A DNA stretch of 61,048 nucleotides, the filler included. It is 8 parts of 8 records of this genome, joined end to end, with 100 filler letters (N's around TTAATTAATTAA, not from the genome) between each part and the next. Parts side by side here need not be neighbours in the genome. Positions count along the whole stretch, not along the records: positions 57,629 to 61,048 come from SRR20825010_3041; 7 more parts are not named here. One strand, 5' to 3'. The stretch's first letter is position 1; every line of letters begins with the position of its first letter. The position numbers were made by a program, and so were the translations under genes. Below are positions 58,548 through 61,048 of this stretch, piece by piece. A model generated the notes under the pieces. That model was given only the letters and a program-made list of their open reading frames with translations, was not told the DNA's origin and made no database searches.

Positions 58548-59317
58548 TCAGGCGCATCAAACGCGCGTTGGGCATTGATTTCTCGGCCAAGGCACTGGCC
58601 CGAAACCCGGCGATCTATATCCACCAATGGCGTCTGCCGAAACGGCGGTTTCCTGCGATGGTGGAGGATGTTCTGGCCGGTTCGGGCCAGGTCTCACTGG
58701 TTCAGGTCGGGGCCAACGACGGGGCCACGAATGATCCCGTGGGCGCACTGCTGCTGACGCGCCCGGATCGGTTCAGCCGCGCGTTGCTGATCGAACCCCA
58801 GGGGCCAGCCTTCGCCCGCCTGTCCGCGCGCTATGCCGAACAGTCCCATATCCATTGCCTGCATGCCGCGATAGACCGCGAACCGGGGCAACGGTCGCTC
58901 TTCACCCTCGACCGCGACGCCGCTTCCGCGCGGCTTGGGCGCACGGTGTCCGACGGTGTGGCGTCGTTCGATCGCGGGCATCTTGTCTGGATCCTGCGCA
59001 CCTATGATCCGGCGATCGCGGAGGCAGAGATGGACGCGCTGATCACCGCGACCCCCGTGCCGGTCATGCCGCTGACTGATGCATTGAAGCAGGCCGACCT
59101 GACACCACCGCCAACGATCATGCTGATCGACACGGAAGGCTATGACGGCCAGATCATCCGAATGATGGCGGAGGCCGAGCTCTGGCCTGACTTGATCCAG
59201 TATGAGCACAAACACCTGCAAGCCACTGAACGCAGGGAAGTTGCGCGGTTACTTCTGGATCATGGCTATCGCCTGCGGGCCGACCACGCCGACGTCTGGG
59301 GATGGCTGGAACGCTGA
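58544..59317 (+). CDS. FkbM family methyltransferase
   Basis: VQVGANDG, IEPQ, IDTEGYD, YEH; true start is the ATG at 58544 overlapping the GT stop. Confidence 0.82.
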   Translation: MIRRIKRALGIDFSAKALARNPAIYIHQWRLPKRRFPAMVEDVLAGSGQVSLVQVGANDGATNDPVGALLLTRPDRFSRALLIEPQGPAFARLSARYAEQSHIHCLHAAIDREPGQRSLFTLDRDAASARLGRTVSDGVASFDRGHLVWILRTYDPAIAEAEMDALITATPVPVMPLTDALKQADLTPPPTIMLIDTEGYDGQIIRMMAEAELWPDLIQYEHKHLQATERREVARLLLDHGYRLRADHADVWGWLER

Positions 59318-59335
59318 TCGCGCAAACGGTTGCTG

Positions 59336-59794
59336 CTAGTCCGGCACGACCAGCGGCGGGCGTCGCCTGACAATCGGGCTGCTCTTGATGATGCTCGTGT
59401 TCGTGCGTGCCAGGTCGTGAAACGGGTCCAGCACGCGGTCCAGATCGGCCACATCGCGCAACACGACACGGGCCACGAAACAGTCCTCCCCCGTAACCTT
59501 GTCACACTGGGTCACCTGCGGCGCATCCTGCAACGCGCGCTCCACGATATGCAGCTTTCCCGGCAGGGGTTCCAGCCGCACGATTGCCTCCAGCGGATAG
59601 CCAAGGGCGCGGGTTGAAATGTCGATGGTGAAGCCTTCGATCACGCCATCATCCTCCAGCCTGCGGATACGCTCCCGAATTGCCGGTGGTGACAAGCCGA
59701 TGTGATCCGCCAGGGCACGCTGGCTTGCGCGCGCATCATGCAGCAACGCATCCAGAATCGCATGATCAACCTTGTCGAGAGCAACTTTGTTCAT
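59336..59794 (-). CDS. Lrp/AsnC family regulator
   Basis: LD..D..IL..L..DAR, GLS.PA..ERI.RLE..GVI, VTGEDC. Confidence 0.92.
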   Translation of the reverse strand: MNKVALDKVDHAILDALLHDARASQRALADHIGLSPPAIRERIRRLEDDGVIEGFTIDISTRALGYPLEAIVRLEPLPGKLHIVERALQDAPQVTQCDKVTGEDCFVARVVLRDVADLDRVLDPFHDLARTNTSIIKSSPIVRRRPPLVVPD

Positions 59795-59921
59795 CGCGGC
59801 ATTTCCCATCCACAGGCCACATTTTCATAAGCATATAGCATCATATGCCTTCCAGAATGCGGGTACAGATCCGGTCTGACCCTCTAGAATTCATCGGATC
59901 GACAACAGAAAGGAACCGAAC

Positions 59922-60761
59922 ATGCACATTCATCGCGTGGCAGCATTTACCGAAGGCGGTCAGGGCGGAAATCCGGCGGGTGTCGTTCTGAGCGACCACC
60001 TGCCCGACACCGAAACCATGCAGCGCATCGCGGCAGAGGTTGGCTATTCCGAGACGGCCTTTGCGGCGAAACGCGATGATGGTGCCTGGCGCGTGCGCTA
60101 TTTCTCACCCGAAAGCGAGGTGCCGTTCTGCGGCCACGCCACGATTGGTCTTGGCGCCGTGCTGGGACGGACACATGGCACCGGGCTTTATCCACTTGTC
60201 CTCAATGACAGTGCGATCGAGGTGGAGAGTGGCGCACTGGACGGCCAGGTCTTCAGCATCCTGCGTTCCCCAACGACCCACAGCACCCCGGCAGATCCGG
60301 CCATGCTGGCCGACGCGCTGGACCTCTTCGGCTACACCAGTGCAGACCTCGACCCGGCGATCCCGCCACACAAGGCGAACGGCGGTGCCAACCACCTGAT
60401 CATCGCGCTGAAGGACCGTGCGACACTGACGGCCATGACTTACGATCTGGACACCGGTCGCCGGTTCATGCGGGCACACGACCTGGTGACGGTCGACTTC
60501 ATTGTCCGGCAGAGCGAACGCCTGTTTCATTCCCGCAACGCATTCGCGTCCGGTGGCGTGCTCGAAGACCCCGCGACGGGCGCCGCAGCCGCGGCACTGT
60601 CAGGCATGTTGCGCGATACTGGCGCGTTGACTGACGGCACCATCACCATTCTGCAGGGCGCAGACATGGGCCGGCCATCACGGATCGAAGCAACATTCAC
60701 CGCCGTGAAGGGCGCGCCTGTCATGGTGCGGGGTGCCTGTGCAGACATCGAAAATACATGA
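59922..60761 (+). CDS. PhzF family isomerase/epimerase
   Basis: AF...GGNPAGV, SETAF, EVPFCGHAT, EDPATG. Confidence 0.92.
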   Translation: MHIHRVAAFTEGGQGGNPAGVVLSDHLPDTETMQRIAAEVGYSETAFAAKRDDGAWRVRYFSPESEVPFCGHATIGLGAVLGRTHGTGLYPLVLNDSAIEVESGALDGQVFSILRSPTTHSTPADPAMLADALDLFGYTSADLDPAIPPHKANGGANHLIIALKDRATLTAMTYDLDTGRRFMRAHDLVTVDFIVRQSERLFHSRNAFASGGVLEDPATGAAAAALSGMLRDTGALTDGTITILQGADMGRPSRIEATFTAVKGAPVMVRGACADIENT

Positions 60762-60872
60762 TCAGGCAGACCGGATACCGGCAAGGCTGGCCATCACCCG
60801 GTTTCAGAAATACCCTGACCGCACGCACATATGCAGGGTTTGGCTGATACAGCCACTATGGGGGAGCAGATC

Positions 60873-61048
60873 ATGAAGTTCGGTGTGATGATGTTTGCGA
60901 CGGATTACGCGATCCGTCCGGCGAAGCTGGCGGTGGAGGCTGAAGCGCGCGGTTTTGAATCCATGTGGATGCCGGAGCATTCGCATATCCCCGCATCCCG
61001 TGAATCTGCCTGGCCCGGCGGCAGTGACCTGCCGAAGCAGTATTACGA
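60873..61048 (+). CDS. LLM-class (luciferase-like) oxidoreductase, N-terminal fragment
   Basis: MKFGVMMFATDYAIRP..LA.EAEARGFESMWMPEHSHIP after a GGGGAG RBS. Confidence 0.82.
   Translation, partial: MKFGVMMFATDYAIRPAKLAVEAEARGFESMWMPEHSHIPASRESAWPGGSDLPKQYY

Overview
This window is not one locus. It is eight unrelated bacterial contig fragments joined by identical 100-nt artificial linkers (44 N + TTAATTAATTAA + 44 N). Taxon guesses below are impressions from protein sequence and gene order, not search results. (1) 1-10937, betaproteobacterial (Limnobacter-like): bdhA, an alpha/beta hydrolase, relA, ppk1, ppx, olsB, cspA and an orphan membrane protein, with canonical Pho-box promoters before ppk1 and olsB. 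(2) 11038-17882, Rhizobiales-like: phoU end, RidA/LysR pair, gcrA, argD, argF, hslO, apaG and a CDP-alcohol phosphatidyltransferase. (3) 17983-28239: end of a Trb-type integrative conjugative element beside a tRNA 3' end, with MarR-DoxX-Rieske-GST cargo. (4) 28340-37434, alphaproteobacterial (Kordiimonas-like): lysA, a small LptM-like lipoprotein, argH, two TlpA paralogs, GST, a degenerate ApbE, a PEP-CTERM protein, a TPR lipoprotein, hbd and etfA. (5) 37535-46533, planctomycete (Rhodopirellula-like): an SPFH-SpeD-DUF4178-microprotein-DUF350 operon, accessory genes including a homolog of plant/fungal IQM proteins, and an S41 protease. (6) 46634-53392: soeABC, MFS, DUF2842 and a DUF4347/RTX protein. 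(7) 53493-57528, Thalassospira-like: a PruR-like periplasmic protein, a sensor kinase, an HDOD response regulator and DoxX. (8) 57629-61048: glycosyltransferase, FkbM methyltransferase, Lrp, PhzF and an LLM oxidoreductase start. The best candidates for undescribed biology are the SPFH/SpeD/DUF4178 operon with an unannotated 54-aa membrane microprotein ending GGGK, the bacterial IQM-core protein, and the putative pterin-sensing PruR-kinase pair.
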